From: a virus
DNA length: 64,000 nt
Direction: 5' to 3' (one strand)
IMG/VR virus record: IMGVR_UViG_3300033442_000004
Span: 32,001 to 96,000 of that record
Positions 1-9,628 of this stretch are shown here, in pieces (the stretch's first letter is position 1; each line of letters opens with the position of its first letter). The notes beneath the pieces were generated by a model. It worked only from the letters and a program-made list of their open reading frames with translations. It was not told the origin of the DNA and ran no database searches. The translations under genes were made by a program, and so were the position numbers.

Positions 1-313
1 GTCCCTTGCGTAGTAATACCGGATCTTTCGCATTCTCACGTCTCCGTCTCATGGAGTGGGTGGTACGAGAAGATGCAGGGTTGGTCTGTCCCGAGAGGTG
101 AACAGGCGGAACCTCCTGATGGTCCCGCAGAAGTTTAGTGTGAGCATTTGCGCTCCTCTTTTTTGTTTGACGCGCTCTCGGTGTGAGTCGTCTGTTAGTC
201 AAGTTCCCTGCCTACAAGTTATGCTAGTCGTAGAAGTGACGTCGAAGCCCAACCGAGCACTTCGAAGTCGGCGGTTGGTGGGGACCTCATCAAGCATCCC
301 CAGTTAGACCCGA

Positions 314-505
314 TCAGTTTTCCTCGACGACGTAGTCGATGAGGAATGACTCGAGTCCATCCTTGTGCGCCGCGTCGCATGCCTCATGGATGCTGAGGTA
401 TGCGCCGTGCCAGCGTTTGCCGGGCCATTTGGCGCGAAGCGTGTTGCCGTTCAGCCTGGCGTAGAGCACAGGCTTGCCGGCTTGTTCGTCAGAGACCTCG
501 GACAC
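314..505 (-). CDS. Small hypothetical phage protein
   Basis: C-terminal part of ORF 314..571 from GTG at 505; phage-like codon usage; overlaps the upstream ORF. Confidence 0.55.
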   Translation of the reverse strand: MSEVSDEQAGKPVLYARLNGNTLRAKWPGKRWHGAYLSIHEACDAAHKDGLESFLIDYVVEEN

Positions 506-674
506 GATCGATCCCCTCGAACGCGCGGGCCTGCTCGCGGAGGCCGGCGATTGTGATCGCGGCGTCCACACGGTCGTCCTCGATCATCGCAAGCGTTGCC
601 TCGCGGCGCCGACGCTCCAGGTCAGCCCACGATCCACGGTAAGGCGTGATCGGTCCCTTGGTTGAAAGTCCCAT
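489..674 (-). CDS. Small hypothetical phage protein
   Basis: ORF in tight operon packing with neighbours. Confidence 0.55.
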   Translation of the reverse strand: MGLSTKGPITPYRGSWADLERRRREATLAMIEDDRVDAAITIAGLREQARAFEGIDRVRGL

Positions 675-675
675 G

Positions 676-1247
676 TTATTCGTCCTTCCAGTCGATGGTG
701 AAGGTCCCCTCGGGACCTGGTATGAGCGCAGCGTCGAAGAAATCGATCGCCTTGCGGATTGCGGTCATGTTCGGCTTGCTGCCGCGCTGTGCTCGGAGCG
801 CGGCGCAGCTGGTGAAGTAAAGCCCTGTACCCAGCTCGGCATCGAGAGCGCGAACCGAGATGCCGTCCTCCCTGGCTCGCTTGCGGATGGCGTCAGCAAG
901 CGGCTCGCCGAGGATCTTCAGCGGCAGCTCATGCGAATTGAACAGGGTGACGCCCAGCTCCTGGGCGCGCTTGGTGATGTCCCACTTCGTGCGGTGCGGC
1001 AGAATGTGGGAGATGCCCGTAGCGCCCTTGGTAGCAGCGGCACGCCTGATCTCCTCGTCCTCGCCGCGGGTGAACGGCGGCCGGCGGTAGGTGAAGCCGG
1101 TAGAGCTGCGCTTGCCCGAGACCGATTGCCTCGACCGGCCCGGCAGCAGCGCGTGCAGATCGTGCAATCGCAAATGTCGATTGCGCCTGATGATGTCGAT
1201 CTCGGCATTGGTGTACTGCTTGCCGCATCTGACAAAGAAGCCGTCAC
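676..1247 (-). pseudogene. Myb/SANT-like repeat plus HTH DNA-binding protein; 5' end apparently frameshifted
   Basis: Two Myb-like repeats (YTNAEIDIIRRN; FTRGEDEEIRRAA) and an HTH-like C-terminus; the coupled GTG start at 1247 (overlapping the upstream stop, GAGAGG upstream) is out of frame with the body. Confidence 0.5.
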
Positions 1248-1411
1248 CGGACCTCTCGGCACCAGAACTTTTCGAGGCACGACGGACACTCGATGACCTC
1301 GCTGGATTTGTCGCCTTCTTCGTGGAAGTCGTAGTCGCAAAAGGGACAATCGAAGTGGGTTCTGATGTACCCAAGGACATGCTCGGAGCAGCTATCACGG
1401 AGGTCACTCAT
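1244..1411 (-). CDS. 55-aa zinc-ribbon protein (CPFC...CPSC), missed by the ORF track
   Basis: Manual translation MSDLRDSCSEHVLGYIRTHFDCPFCDYDFHEEGDKSSEVIECPSCLEKFWCREVR; 4-nt overlaps with both neighbours. Confidence 0.75.
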   Translation of the reverse strand: MSDLRDSCSEHVLGYIRTHFDCPFCDYDFHEEGDKSSEVIECPSCLEKFWCREVR

Positions 1412-1611
1412 GTGCGGGCAAACCGCTTGTTGATGTCGACGAAACGCCGCTCTTGCCGGCGCTGCCGTCCTCGATCTGATTTCGAGAACGGCTCGTGGTG
1501 TCGCTTCCAGGTGCTGGTTTCGAGCAGGAAGCGGAAGGCGGCGCCGATGGCGCGCTGCTCAGGATCTCCCTTGCAGCACGGGTGACGCATTCGGCGGTAC
1601 TGTTGAAGCAT
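1408..1611 (-). CDS. Small basic hypothetical phage protein
   Basis: ORF with GGAG upstream and a coupled stop/start. Confidence 0.55.
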   Translation of the reverse strand: MLQQYRRMRHPCCKGDPEQRAIGAAFRFLLETSTWKRHHEPFSKSDRGRQRRQERRFVDINKRFART

Positions 1612-1662
1612 TGGAGCGCTCCCTCTGCAGTCGGCAGGCGAGATAGGGGCCAGTGCTGCCGG

Positions 1663-1854
1663 TCATCTCGCGCAGCTCCAGCGGTTCGGGCAGCCGATCT
1701 CCCAGTTGCCGCACTGCTCGCACGTCCCACCGCGACCGCAGCTGTAAGTGCTGGTCACCTGTGTGCAGACGAGGCGAGGCAAGGGGAGATTGCTGTTGCC
1801 TTCGTCGCAGCCGGCGAGCAGCAACGCGGCGATAAGGATGATGGATCGCTTCAT
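1663..1854 (-). CDS. Putative small Cys-rich lipoprotein
   Basis: MKR + hydrophobic stretch + LAGC lipobox. Confidence 0.65.
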   Translation of the reverse strand: MKRSIILIAALLLAGCDEGNSNLPLPRLVCTQVTSTYSCGRGGTCEQCGNWEIGCPNRWSCAR

Positions 1855-2228
1855 GCGGCGAACCCCAGCTCGTGGCGATAGCGCTGAGGCTTCGGCGCCT
1901 CGTACCAGAAGGCGATGCGCGGCGGCTCTTCGTAGACCGCGATGACGGTCGGCGCCCGACCCATCTTCTTGGTGTACCAGCTGGCCGATTTGCGGAGTGT
2001 CCGGCCGCTCTCGCGGGCAGTGTCGATCAGCAGCAGCTCGAACTTGTCCGGGACATTGGCGCCGAACGGGATGAACGGGATGCCGAGGATGTGGGAGGCG
2101 TAAACCGCGGCGACAGCGCCGGATCGGCCGGGGCCGGTGACGCAGCCGACATGCTCAACCCGCTGGTTGAAGAGGACGGTTCTGATGCGCTGAGCGAACT
2201 CGGCTTCGGAGACGATGCGGATGGTCAT
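1851..2228 (-). CDS. Phosphoribosyltransferase-fold-like protein
   Basis: GPGRSG loop and LLIDTARESGRTL resembling the PRPP-binding motif. Confidence 0.55.
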   Translation of the reverse strand: MTIRIVSEAEFAQRIRTVLFNQRVEHVGCVTGPGRSGAVAAVYASHILGIPFIPFGANVPDKFELLLIDTARESGRTLRKSASWYTKKMGRAPTVIAVYEEPPRIAFWYEAPKPQRYRHELGFAA

Positions 2229-2509
2229 GCCACGGCTTTCTTGTTGATGGTGTCGATGATGCAGCGGTGTTCCAGGGGATTGTGATCAGCCAGGAACTGC
2301 AGCGCTTTCTGGTGGTACTCGCTGCCGGCGTTGGCGTAGTCGACGACGAGGCGCCACGCTTCCAGGTCATCCCGGAGGCGGTCGCACTCATCGAGCTTCT
2401 GCAATTGCCAGGGACCGTTCTCGCTGCCGTCGCAGTCGAAGATGCCCCAGCCCTGGTCGAAGGCGATGTTGTTGTCGAAGGAAACTCTGTCCGGCATGTC
2501 GATCTCCAA
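2225..2509 (-). CDS. Hypothetical phage protein
   Basis: ORF, ATGA-coupled, phage codon usage. Confidence 0.65.
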   Translation of the reverse strand: MEIDMPDRVSFDNNIAFDQGWGIFDCDGSENGPWQLQKLDECDRLRDDLEAWRLVVDYANAGSEYHQKALQFLADHNPLEHRCIIDTINKKAVA

Positions 2510-2555
2510 GGGGGAAGGGTGCCCGCCCTCCGAAGAGGACGGGCAGTGGTTGGGA

Positions 2556-3602
2556 TCAGCGGATGTTCTTGTTCAGAGCCCAGTACGGGTTGGTCCCGTC
2601 CTGCGGCTTGACGAACAGCGTCTGGTAGGCGTGATCGCGGGTCTTGATGACCTCGACCTGGCGGGTGCCGAAGCGCTGGCGATAGGCCGACACGGTCTGG
2701 CCCGGGGCGATCAGGCGTCCGTTCACCCACTTCGCATCCGGATGCGGCGGAGCAGCCTCGACGACCTCGGCCACGTCCTCGTCGCCGGCCTCGTCGTGCT
2801 CTTCCTCCTCGTTGAAGTCCGAACCGTCGCCCTCGACGACAGCCGCTTCGACGATGGCGCTGGCCGAGACGCGCGGCGGGATGACGATCGGGAAGATGCC
2901 GAACACATCGCCGTGGTGGTATTCGCGGTTGGCCGCCAGCTCGCTGTCGTAGAGCGTCTCGTCGACGGTGAGGGTCCGCTCGTCGTCGATGAAGAGACGG
3001 ACGAACTTGGTCTGCGGATCGGTCGAGATGTTCTCGAACACCCAGTCGCCGCGGATGTCATCGCCGTCCAGGTCGAACTGGAGGACGAGGCGCTCACCCT
3101 CGTTGTCGTGGTAGCCGGCGATCACGACCGGATGCGTGGCGTCGGCCAGCACCGAGAGGATCACGACCTCCGTGAGGAAGTCCTGATTGTCGTCGGTCCG
3201 GTAGATCTCGAACGGCTTGTTGAAGTCGACCTTGCCGACCGGATACTTCGGCAGCGAGGGCGGAGCTTCCGGCGCCGGCAGCGCTTCGACAACCGGCTCT
3301 TCGGCCGTGATGGCGGCGAATGCCTGTTCGGTCGTCACGTCCGCAGCGAAGACTTCGGAGGTCTCGGCGACCGGCTGCGAACCGATAGCGGCGGCGAGCA
3401 GGGCGCCGTTGTCGATCTCGCTGGTCAGGCCAGACGCTTCGGTGCCGGCAGCCTGGTCAGCCTGCATGTCGGCGCGGTTCAGGTAGCCGGACATGCTGAC
3501 GACGGACGCCGTCTCGGTCGGAGCGGGCAACAGGTTGGTCGGCTGCTGCTCGTTCGCGAGGACGACGCCGTAGGTGGACGTTTGGCCCATGGTGGGGTCC
3601 AT
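2556..3602 (-). CDS. Acidic hypothetical phage protein
   Basis: 348-aa ORF, AGGAG RBS, strong GC3 bias. Confidence 0.8.
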   Translation of the reverse strand: MDPTMGQTSTYGVVLANEQQPTNLLPAPTETASVVSMSGYLNRADMQADQAAGTEASGLTSEIDNGALLAAAIGSQPVAETSEVFAADVTTEQAFAAITAEEPVVEALPAPEAPPSLPKYPVGKVDFNKPFEIYRTDDNQDFLTEVVILSVLADATHPVVIAGYHDNEGERLVLQFDLDGDDIRGDWVFENISTDPQTKFVRLFIDDERTLTVDETLYDSELAANREYHHGDVFGIFPIVIPPRVSASAIVEAAVVEGDGSDFNEEEEHDEAGDEDVAEVVEAAPPHPDAKWVNGRLIAPGQTVSAYRQRFGTRQVEVIKTRDHAYQTLFVKPQDGTNPYWALNKNIR

Positions 3603-3675
3603 TTGCAGTTCTCCTTTGGTGGTTGCGGCCGACTGGTTGAGGTCACCCCGTCAGTGACGGCGGCCCGCGCTTGGA

Positions 3676-3704
3676 TTGACGGGGTGTTTCGCTGCGCGCC
3701 TATA
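3676..3704 (+). promoter_or_regulatory. Sigma70-type promoter for the 3771 gene
   Basis: TTGACG-N17-CCTATA. Confidence 0.5.
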
Positions 3705-3735
3705 GACCGACGTTTGCATTCATCGCAAGTGCAAA

Positions 3736-3751
3736 TTTGCATTGAAGCAAA
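3736..3751. promoter_or_regulatory. 16-bp palindromic operator (TTTGCATTGAAGCAAA), one of several copies
   Basis: Related sites at 8569, 12466, 16576, 19569, 19933, 26432, 44848, 46645. Confidence 0.6.
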
Positions 3752-3770
3752 CGATTAGGTATAGGGAGGC

Positions 3771-4223
3771 ATGCAGAAAACTGAATTGGTCTATGGGTTA
3801 CCTTGGCTCCAAACGAAGCCGGAACGCGCTATCTTCGATGAACTTCGGTTCGCGTGCGTCTATGCAGCCGGCCCCCTCGGGGGGCGGCCGCTACGGCTCG
3901 GCGCCTCGACCAACCTCAAGAAGCGGATTGAGTGCCTGCAGCCCGGCAACTGGGAGCCGCTGAAGATCCATCATGCGATCTGGACCACGAACGAGGCGTT
4001 CGCCGTCAGGATCTTCAACGATGCCGCCGCACTGTTCGACAAGGCCAACCGACGCCTGGTCGGCGACTGGTTCGACGTGACGCCGGAGTTCGCCGTCCAG
4101 GCTATCCGCCTGGCTGGTGAGAAGGCGAACATCCCGATGCTCTCCCACGATGGCCTGCTGGAAAAGGTCAGAGCCATCCGGGAGGGGCGTCTGAACAACG
4201 GCATCGTCGTCAGCAAGCGATAG
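3771..4223 (+). CDS. GIY-YIG/T5orf172-like domain protein
   Basis: VYAAG...LRLGASTNLKKRIECLQPGN...L...GDWF pattern; GGGAGG RBS. Confidence 0.7.
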   Translation: MQKTELVYGLPWLQTKPERAIFDELRFACVYAAGPLGGRPLRLGASTNLKKRIECLQPGNWEPLKIHHAIWTTNEAFAVRIFNDAAALFDKANRRLVGDWFDVTPEFAVQAIRLAGEKANIPMLSHDGLLEKVRAIREGRLNNGIVVSKR

Positions 4224-4494
4224 GGTAGGCAGGTCGTCGCTGTTCGCTACAAACACAGAGCGTTTCCCTTTTCCGTCCGCCTTGCCATCCGCTACGATGG
4301 CCCAATCGGACCTGCCCTGCGGGACTCGAACCCGCCTAACTCAATTCGGCTCGATGTGATGCGCTTGATCACGCGTCCGTCGTTGATCCAGCGGTTGATG
4401 TCGTCCCCCAGGTTGACGCTGTCGGAGTATTCGGGAATTATCACCTTGACTGAACAGTCTGGAAACGGGATATTGGCCTCAAGGAGATTGGCCA

Positions 4495-5430
4495 ATGCCC
4501 GCGACGGTTGGTCTGACAAACCCGATTTTCACGGACCTCGAAGCGGCCCGGCAGCACTTTGAAGCCATTCGCTGGCCTGAGGGTACCTATTGCCCGTTTT
4601 GCGGCTCGTTTGATCGCGTTGCGGCGCTTGGTGGCAAGTCGATGGGGCCGGGCTGGTATCACTGCAAAGACTGCCGCAAGAAATTCACTGCGGCTGTCGG
4701 CACGATCTATGAGCGCTCGCATATTCCAATGACGAAATGGCTTCTGGCGACGCACCTGATGTGCGCGAGCAAGAAGGGCATGAGCGCGCATCAGCTTCAT
4801 CGCATGATCGATCTTCCCTATAAGACGGCGTGGTTCATGGCACGCCGCATTCGCGAAGGCATGCGCGACCTAAGTCCCGCCCCGACGCCAATGGGCGGCG
4901 CTGGCGAGACGGTTGAGGCCGACGAAACGTATATCGGCGGCAAGGAGAAGAATAAGCACCGCAGCAAGCGCAATGGCGCGAATATCGGCGGCATGGGCAA
5001 AGAGATTGCGTTCGCGCTCGTTGAGCGCGGTGGACGCGTTCGCACGGAGCATGTTGCGAATGTGACTGCTAAGACGCTGCGCGATACGCTGGTAACGCAG
5101 CTCCATGCCGACACTAAGTTGATGACGGACGACGCCGGGCAATATCGCCACATGCACAAGGATTTTGCGCATGAGGTTGTCAATCACGGCATTGGCGAAT
5201 ACATGCGCGGCGAAGCGCATACGAACACGGTCGAAGGTTACTTCTCGATCCTGAAACGCGGCATCACTGGCACCTACCATCACGTCAGCGCGCAGCGCTT
5301 GAAGCGTTATCTTGCCGAATTTGACTTCCGCTACAATGAGCGGTCTGGCCTTAGCGTGACTGGCGCGGAACGCGCAACCAAGGCGGTCAGGGGTGTTGTT
5401 GGAAAGCGGGTGACGTATTTACCGATCTAG
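4495..5430 (+). CDS. IS1595-family transposase
   Basis: Zn ribbon CPFC/CKDC, HTH, VEADETYIGG, LMTDD, HTNTVEGYFS, YLAEFDFRYN motifs. Confidence 0.95.
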   Translation: MPATVGLTNPIFTDLEAARQHFEAIRWPEGTYCPFCGSFDRVAALGGKSMGPGWYHCKDCRKKFTAAVGTIYERSHIPMTKWLLATHLMCASKKGMSAHQLHRMIDLPYKTAWFMARRIREGMRDLSPAPTPMGGAGETVEADETYIGGKEKNKHRSKRNGANIGGMGKEIAFALVERGGRVRTEHVANVTAKTLRDTLVTQLHADTKLMTDDAGQYRHMHKDFAHEVVNHGIGEYMRGEAHTNTVEGYFSILKRGITGTYHHVSAQRLKRYLAEFDFRYNERSGLSVTGAERATKAVRGVVGKRVTYLPI

Positions 5431-5459
5431 ACTAATGTCAGACAGAACGAAGTTTCGTT

Positions 5460-5654
5460 CTAGGTCTCACGGCGCGCGCGGCCCTTACCAGCAACGCCAC
5501 GCGGAGCAGCTTTCCTTTTCTTTTGAGGACGATCGGGAATAGGCGAGGCCTTCGGCTGCGGCGAGGTGTTCGCCATTCGGCATATTACCTCGTCGCGCCT
5601 CCGAGCAGCTTCGCCATCGCTGTATGAATCGTCGTCATTTGGATTTTTTGGCAC
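5460..5654 (-). CDS. Small IS1595-associated hypothetical protein
   Basis: EAARRRDEV..RM.NT.PQP pattern convergent on the transposase. Confidence 0.5.
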   Translation of the reverse strand: MPKNPNDDDSYSDGEAARRRDEVICRMANTSPQPKASPIPDRPQKKRKAAPRGVAGKGRARRET

Positions 5655-7389
5655 TTCGATGCCTCCTATCCCACTGAGCGTTCAATTTTTTCAGAAGCAA
5701 CGGGCCGCGAGCAACTGAGTCAGCATCTGAATCCTGGCTAAGCTTCTTGTAAAACTTTGAAACGTTACGCAGAACAGATAGCAGCAATTCATCCTTGAGC
5801 TGGTCGCCCTTTGGAAGCTTGGCAGCGGGCGGCAGCTTGACGCCAGTGAACTCACGGGTTGCTATAGCAGCCACGTAAAAGAGCAAATTTTTAATATCGC
5901 TCTTCTCAACTCCTCGATTAGCCAAGAACTTTTCGACTCGTCGCACGATCCGAACGCATGCCAAGTAGGTTGGCAGCGGGATTTTTGAGTTGTCAAAGAT
6001 CGAAGTGTATCTCTTTTCGTCCTTGAAGTAATCGCCGGGACGTGCGCGTGCATCATCGGGGCGTTGCAACATTATCGATATCGTGCCCTGTGCGACGGCA
6101 TTCACGGAAATTATCGTTTTGATGGGCTGTCCCTGATCTTTGTAAAATCCCTTCCTGCGATCGTAGAAAAGCCCTTCGCCCTTGAATAGCTGCTCAATAT
6201 CTCGATGAATTTGATCCGTCATCCTCAGGGAGGCGGGCTGCATTTTATTCTGACTATTTGTGGCCTTGATAATCAAGTCCTGAGTTTTCTGGTCGGTTGT
6301 TTCGATCACCCTCACTAAAACTGTTCTGTTATCTGTTGTGCCAGATTCGATGGTGTCAAAGATGACTCGCGAGGTCTGCAACCCGTTCACAATTTGAGGA
6401 TCGGAGACTGTCAGCATTAGATGCGCCGGCGCCGCCTTTGCGGCGATGATGGTCACACCGTTGTTCAGAAGCCAAAAATTCGGCTCGTCTCCAGTATTCT
6501 TCAGTGACCCCGCCATCTCATCGTTGATGGTCGAGTCCAACACGAAACCTCGCACGTTGGATTCAAAAATACGCTCAGCCAAGACAGCCGGATCATCATC
6601 TTCGACAAGAAATGCACGGTAGTCATGCAATTTCACCAGCCCCACATAGCCTTCTTTGGTCATCATGGGCGGTTCAGCCCAATTGATGATCCTGTGGCTT
6701 AGTGGTCTCTTTTGAACCTGCTCCCATAGCTGTTTTGCGCCAACACAATGAACCTTGCAGGTCGATTTGAGTGCCTTTTCGACCCGGTGCTTTACTCGGT
6801 CGCAGGCATCTGCGGCATATGCGTCAGGTGCCGCATCGTCACCAGTTATGTAGAAAAAATCGGCGGTGACTACAGGAAACTGGCCTGACAGCTTCAGATA
6901 CTGATCGCGCCAGACGCGCATGGCGGTCTTGATCCGCTTATTGTACCTGTCTCCAAAGTTATTTGGGTCAACCGAAAGATCGAAGAAATCGTCAACGGTC
7001 TGCAGCCATTTCTCCATCTCGGTTGGTTTCATACCCCCACTGGTCTTGACTTGGAAAAAGAGCAAATGGATCGACGCGACTAGCTTCGGATCAAGTAGGG
7101 TGTTGGCGTCAACAACCTGTCGGTTATTTGCTAGGAAATAATATCCATCAACGCCGCCGTCGCCGCCACCCTCAGTAATGCCAGCCTCAAGGTCTTCGTC
7201 GTCAATGGCATACGACTTCAAATGCTGTTCAAGGCAATAGTACAGCCAAGGGTCAATATCTGGATCAAGACCAGCGGCGCGGGCTTTCCAGCCCTCAAAA
7301 TTTGCCTTAAGTACAATCGCATCGTTCAGTGCCATAAAGTTTCCTCCCCCGGTTGAGGGGAGTGTAATCCGTCGGTCGTGTGCAGTCAA
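5635..7389 (-). CDS. AIPR-family (abortive infection phage resistance) protein; real start probably ATG at ~7335
   Basis: DGGVDG, IFESNVRGF, FWLLNNGVTII, QIVNGLQTS, ATNSQN motifs. Confidence 0.9.
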   Translation of the reverse strand: MTAHDRRITLPSTGGGNFMALNDAIVLKANFEGWKARAAGLDPDIDPWLYYCLEQHLKSYAIDDEDLEAGITEGGGDGGVDGYYFLANNRQVVDANTLLDPKLVASIHLLFFQVKTSGGMKPTEMEKWLQTVDDFFDLSVDPNNFGDRYNKRIKTAMRVWRDQYLKLSGQFPVVTADFFYITGDDAAPDAYAADACDRVKHRVEKALKSTCKVHCVGAKQLWEQVQKRPLSHRIINWAEPPMMTKEGYVGLVKLHDYRAFLVEDDDPAVLAERIFESNVRGFVLDSTINDEMAGSLKNTGDEPNFWLLNNGVTIIAAKAAPAHLMLTVSDPQIVNGLQTSRVIFDTIESGTTDNRTVLVRVIETTDQKTQDLIIKATNSQNKMQPASLRMTDQIHRDIEQLFKGEGLFYDRRKGFYKDQGQPIKTIISVNAVAQGTISIMLQRPDDARARPGDYFKDEKRYTSIFDNSKIPLPTYLACVRIVRRVEKFLANRGVEKSDIKNLLFYVAAIATREFTGVKLPPAAKLPKGDQLKDELLLSVLRNVSKFYKKLSQDSDADSVARGPLLLKKLNAQWDRRHRSAKKSK

Positions 7390-7402
7390 AGTGATAACTC
7401 CC

Positions 7403-7540
7403 CACTGTCTCGCAGTGCCGCAGCATCCAGAGTTTATCGGTGACCCGGATCAGCTTGGTGTAGGTCGCCGAAACGACCTCCACTCGAAACTCGATCCCGG
7501 CTAAGGTGATGATGCTTCCGTGCTCAGGCTGCGGAGGCAT
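7403..7540 (-). pseudogene. N-terminal half of a phage gene split by IS1595 (C-terminal half 4292-4432)
   Basis: Removing 4433-7402 fuses ...LRHCETV to EYSDSVNLGDD... in frame, giving a 92-aa ORF. Confidence 0.7.
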
Positions 7541-8074
7541 TGGACAGATGCTCGGCGATTGCTTGCTCGCCGTCCGCGACCACCTTGTAAGCGTCCATCC
7601 AGATCGGGAAGCAGACGCGGTGGGCCAATGTCAGCCGGTCGAGCAGCGCCTTCTTCTCCGGCACGTAGACCATGGCGAAATTGATGTCGTGCTCGACGAT
7701 GCTCGGCACGTTGTCGATCATGTCGGCGCACTTGATCATCTGAGCGCGCCAGGAAGCGCCTGCCAGGTATTGCAGGTCGAGGCGCTTGCGCATCGGCCGC
7801 TTGCCGTGGATCGGTCGGCTGACGTTGGACACTTCGAGCACGAGATCGGCGATCTCCTCGCCGAACTCGCCGACGAGCGCCTTGTGGGACGTGTCCGCGT
7901 CCTCGATCGTGTCGTGCAGCCAACCGGCGGCGATGGTGGCGTATCGGCGGCGTTGCTGTTCAGGTTCTTGGCGACGCGCTCCAGGTGCCGCCAGTAGGGC
8001 TCCGTCACGTAGTTGCGCATCTGAGCGCCGTGGGCGTTGATCGCAAAGTTCTTGGCTCTTGTCAGCAGGCCCAT
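7524..8074 (-). pseudogene. HD-domain (p)ppGpp hydrolase-like (MESH1/SAH) protein, frameshifted near 7940
   Basis: AH..Q.R....EPY..H..RVA in one frame; AAGWLHDTIED, IKCADMIDN in the next frame. Confidence 0.8.
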
Positions 8075-8268
8075 CAGGCGGCTTCCTCATTGTCGTTGCA
8101 GGGCCGACTCACGATCGGGAGTAGGCCAAGCGTGTGAATATCGAGAGTGATCGGCTCCACCCAGGTGAAGCCGGCGCGGTCCCGATGCGTGTGGTTGAAG
8201 GTGACGGTTTGGACGACGACCGTGCCGAACGGCAAGCGCTTGCCCGGGGGCAGACCAATGGCGAACAT
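8074..8268 (-). CDS. Small hypothetical phage protein
   Basis: ORF coupled to neighbours. Confidence 0.55.
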   Translation of the reverse strand: MFAIGLPPGKRLPFGTVVVQTVTFNHTHRDRAGFTWVEPITLDIHTLGLLPIVSRPCNDNEEAA

Positions 8269-8531
8269 CAGTCCTCTCCCCAGCAGTCTTCGCTGTCGAG
8301 GTCTTCCAGCTCCTCGGGGAACGGCTGGCCTTTAGTCGCGGGATAGAAGGGCGCTGCGTACATGCCGACGCCGTATGTTACGTCACCGCCGATCACGCCG
8401 ATCTTGGCAGCCAGGGCTTTTGCCATCTCGCTTCCGATCTCTTCGAGCTTGGCGGTGTAGGTCTCGGCCTCGGGCATCTTGGCGCGCTCCATCGCCTCGA
8501 CCGTCTCTCCGAGCTTCAGTTGGTAGGCCAT
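8268..8531 (-). CDS. Hypothetical phage protein
   Basis: ORF with AAGGGA RBS and operator upstream. Confidence 0.7.
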   Translation of the reverse strand: MAYQLKLGETVEAMERAKMPEAETYTAKLEEIGSEMAKALAAKIGVIGGDVTYGVGMYAAPFYPATKGQPFPEELEDLDSEDCWGED

Positions 8532-8732
8532 TTGCTGTTCCCTTCGTTTGCATTAAAATTGCAGGTCGCTTGCATTCGAGCAAGCGCTATTTCACGAGTC
8601 CACCCAGAGCGGCAGCGAACGCTGCAGCCAGGATGAGCGCGAGCCCCAGGTTTCGAACGCTGAGGAACTCGCGCGGATCTGCCTGGAGCCTCACTTCTTG
8701 CGCAGGCAGCCGACGTTGAGCATCACGGCGCC

Positions 8733-9060
8733 TTACTTGTTGCAGAAGAAGCGGTTGCCCTTGTGATCGACCATCAGTTCTTCGAGGTTCGAGCGGACCT
8801 GCCGCGTGACCTCCGGGATCAGCTTGGACCGGTCGTATTCCATGTCGGCGATCGCGAAGATGGCGTTCATGGTGGCCGGGGCGTAGGTGTCGAAGTCGGC
8901 GCCCATCTGGTCGGCCGCCTTGCGAGGTGAGCCGTCGATGAACTCGTAGCGCCACACTTCAGCAGGACCATCGCGGAGACGGTCGAAAGGGCGATGAGCT
9001 CCTTGTTGATGTTCTCGGCCGCAGCCGGGTGATGAAGCCAGACACCAGCGTTACCGCCAG
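8733..9060 (-). pseudogene. Phage gene fragment, 5'-truncated by IS remnant and frameshifted near 8950
   Basis: Coding-like frame GVWLHHPAAAENINKEL...VLLKCG switches to RYEFIDGSPRKAADQ... Confidence 0.5.
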
Positions 9061-9068
9061 CGCTGCTA

Positions 9069-9520
9069 TTGCGCGCAGAATATCGCCGCGACCGCCGATA
9101 TGCCCGCAATCAGAATGGGAAACGGAAGGTCGTCGTCGTCCGTGAACGCGGCGGCAATTCTGTGCCAGCAGTGTTTGGCTCTGAAAGCCAAGCCGCCGCT
9201 TTCATTCGTGCCCGCATTGGGAAGGGGACTGTCGTTCATGCCGACGAAGTCGCTTCTTGGGATGGATTACACGAACGTTTTGAAATGAAACGAGTCAACA
9301 CTCCTTGGATGGTGCGTGCGCTTATCAGGCTTAGGAGTATTTCAGCCGTTTGCGCCGTGCCGGGATTGCTGGCGCTTACCTGCTTTACGCGCAGGAGTCC
9401 TCATGGCATGAGGACAGCCGCCGGGTCTCGAATGGGGATCAGGTGAACCGCATTGCGGCGCTGGCCTCGAAGCGCGATAAGTCGGTGGACCTCACCGGCG
9501 ATTGGCGGGGGCATCAAGGA
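9069..9520 (+). pseudogene. Decayed IS1595-family transposase (C-terminal part)
   Basis: KVVVVRERGG, TVVHADE.ASWD.LHERFE.KR.N, then EYFSRLRRA and YAQESSW in shifted frames. Confidence 0.8.
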
Positions 9521-9628
9521 AACTAGCAGAGCGCGTTTTCAAAAACCAAAAATCAAGACTTCCCATTTAGCAACTTTTGTGTTCTTGTTTCGTTCTGATG
9601 AACGATGGTCGGCACGGATCGTTAACGC

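Larger units (their letters stand above)
4433..7402 (+). mobile_element. IS1595-family element with passenger genes (AIPR)
   Basis: 24-bp imperfect TIRs (21/24): GGGAATTATCACCTTGACTGAACA at 4433-4456 and its inverted copy at 7379-7402; encloses the transposase and lower-GC cargo. Confidence 0.85.

Noticed and set aside
676-1407. 243-aa ORF as a single gene
   Set aside because: Its 5' third overlaps a better 55-aa zinc-ribbon gene in another frame
4312-4336. Isolated T-arm-like hairpin on - strand (GCGGG-TTCGAGT-CCCGC), possible tRNA or att remnant
   Set aside because: No matching acceptor 5' strand, anticodon arm or CCA; lies inside the reconstructed split ORF
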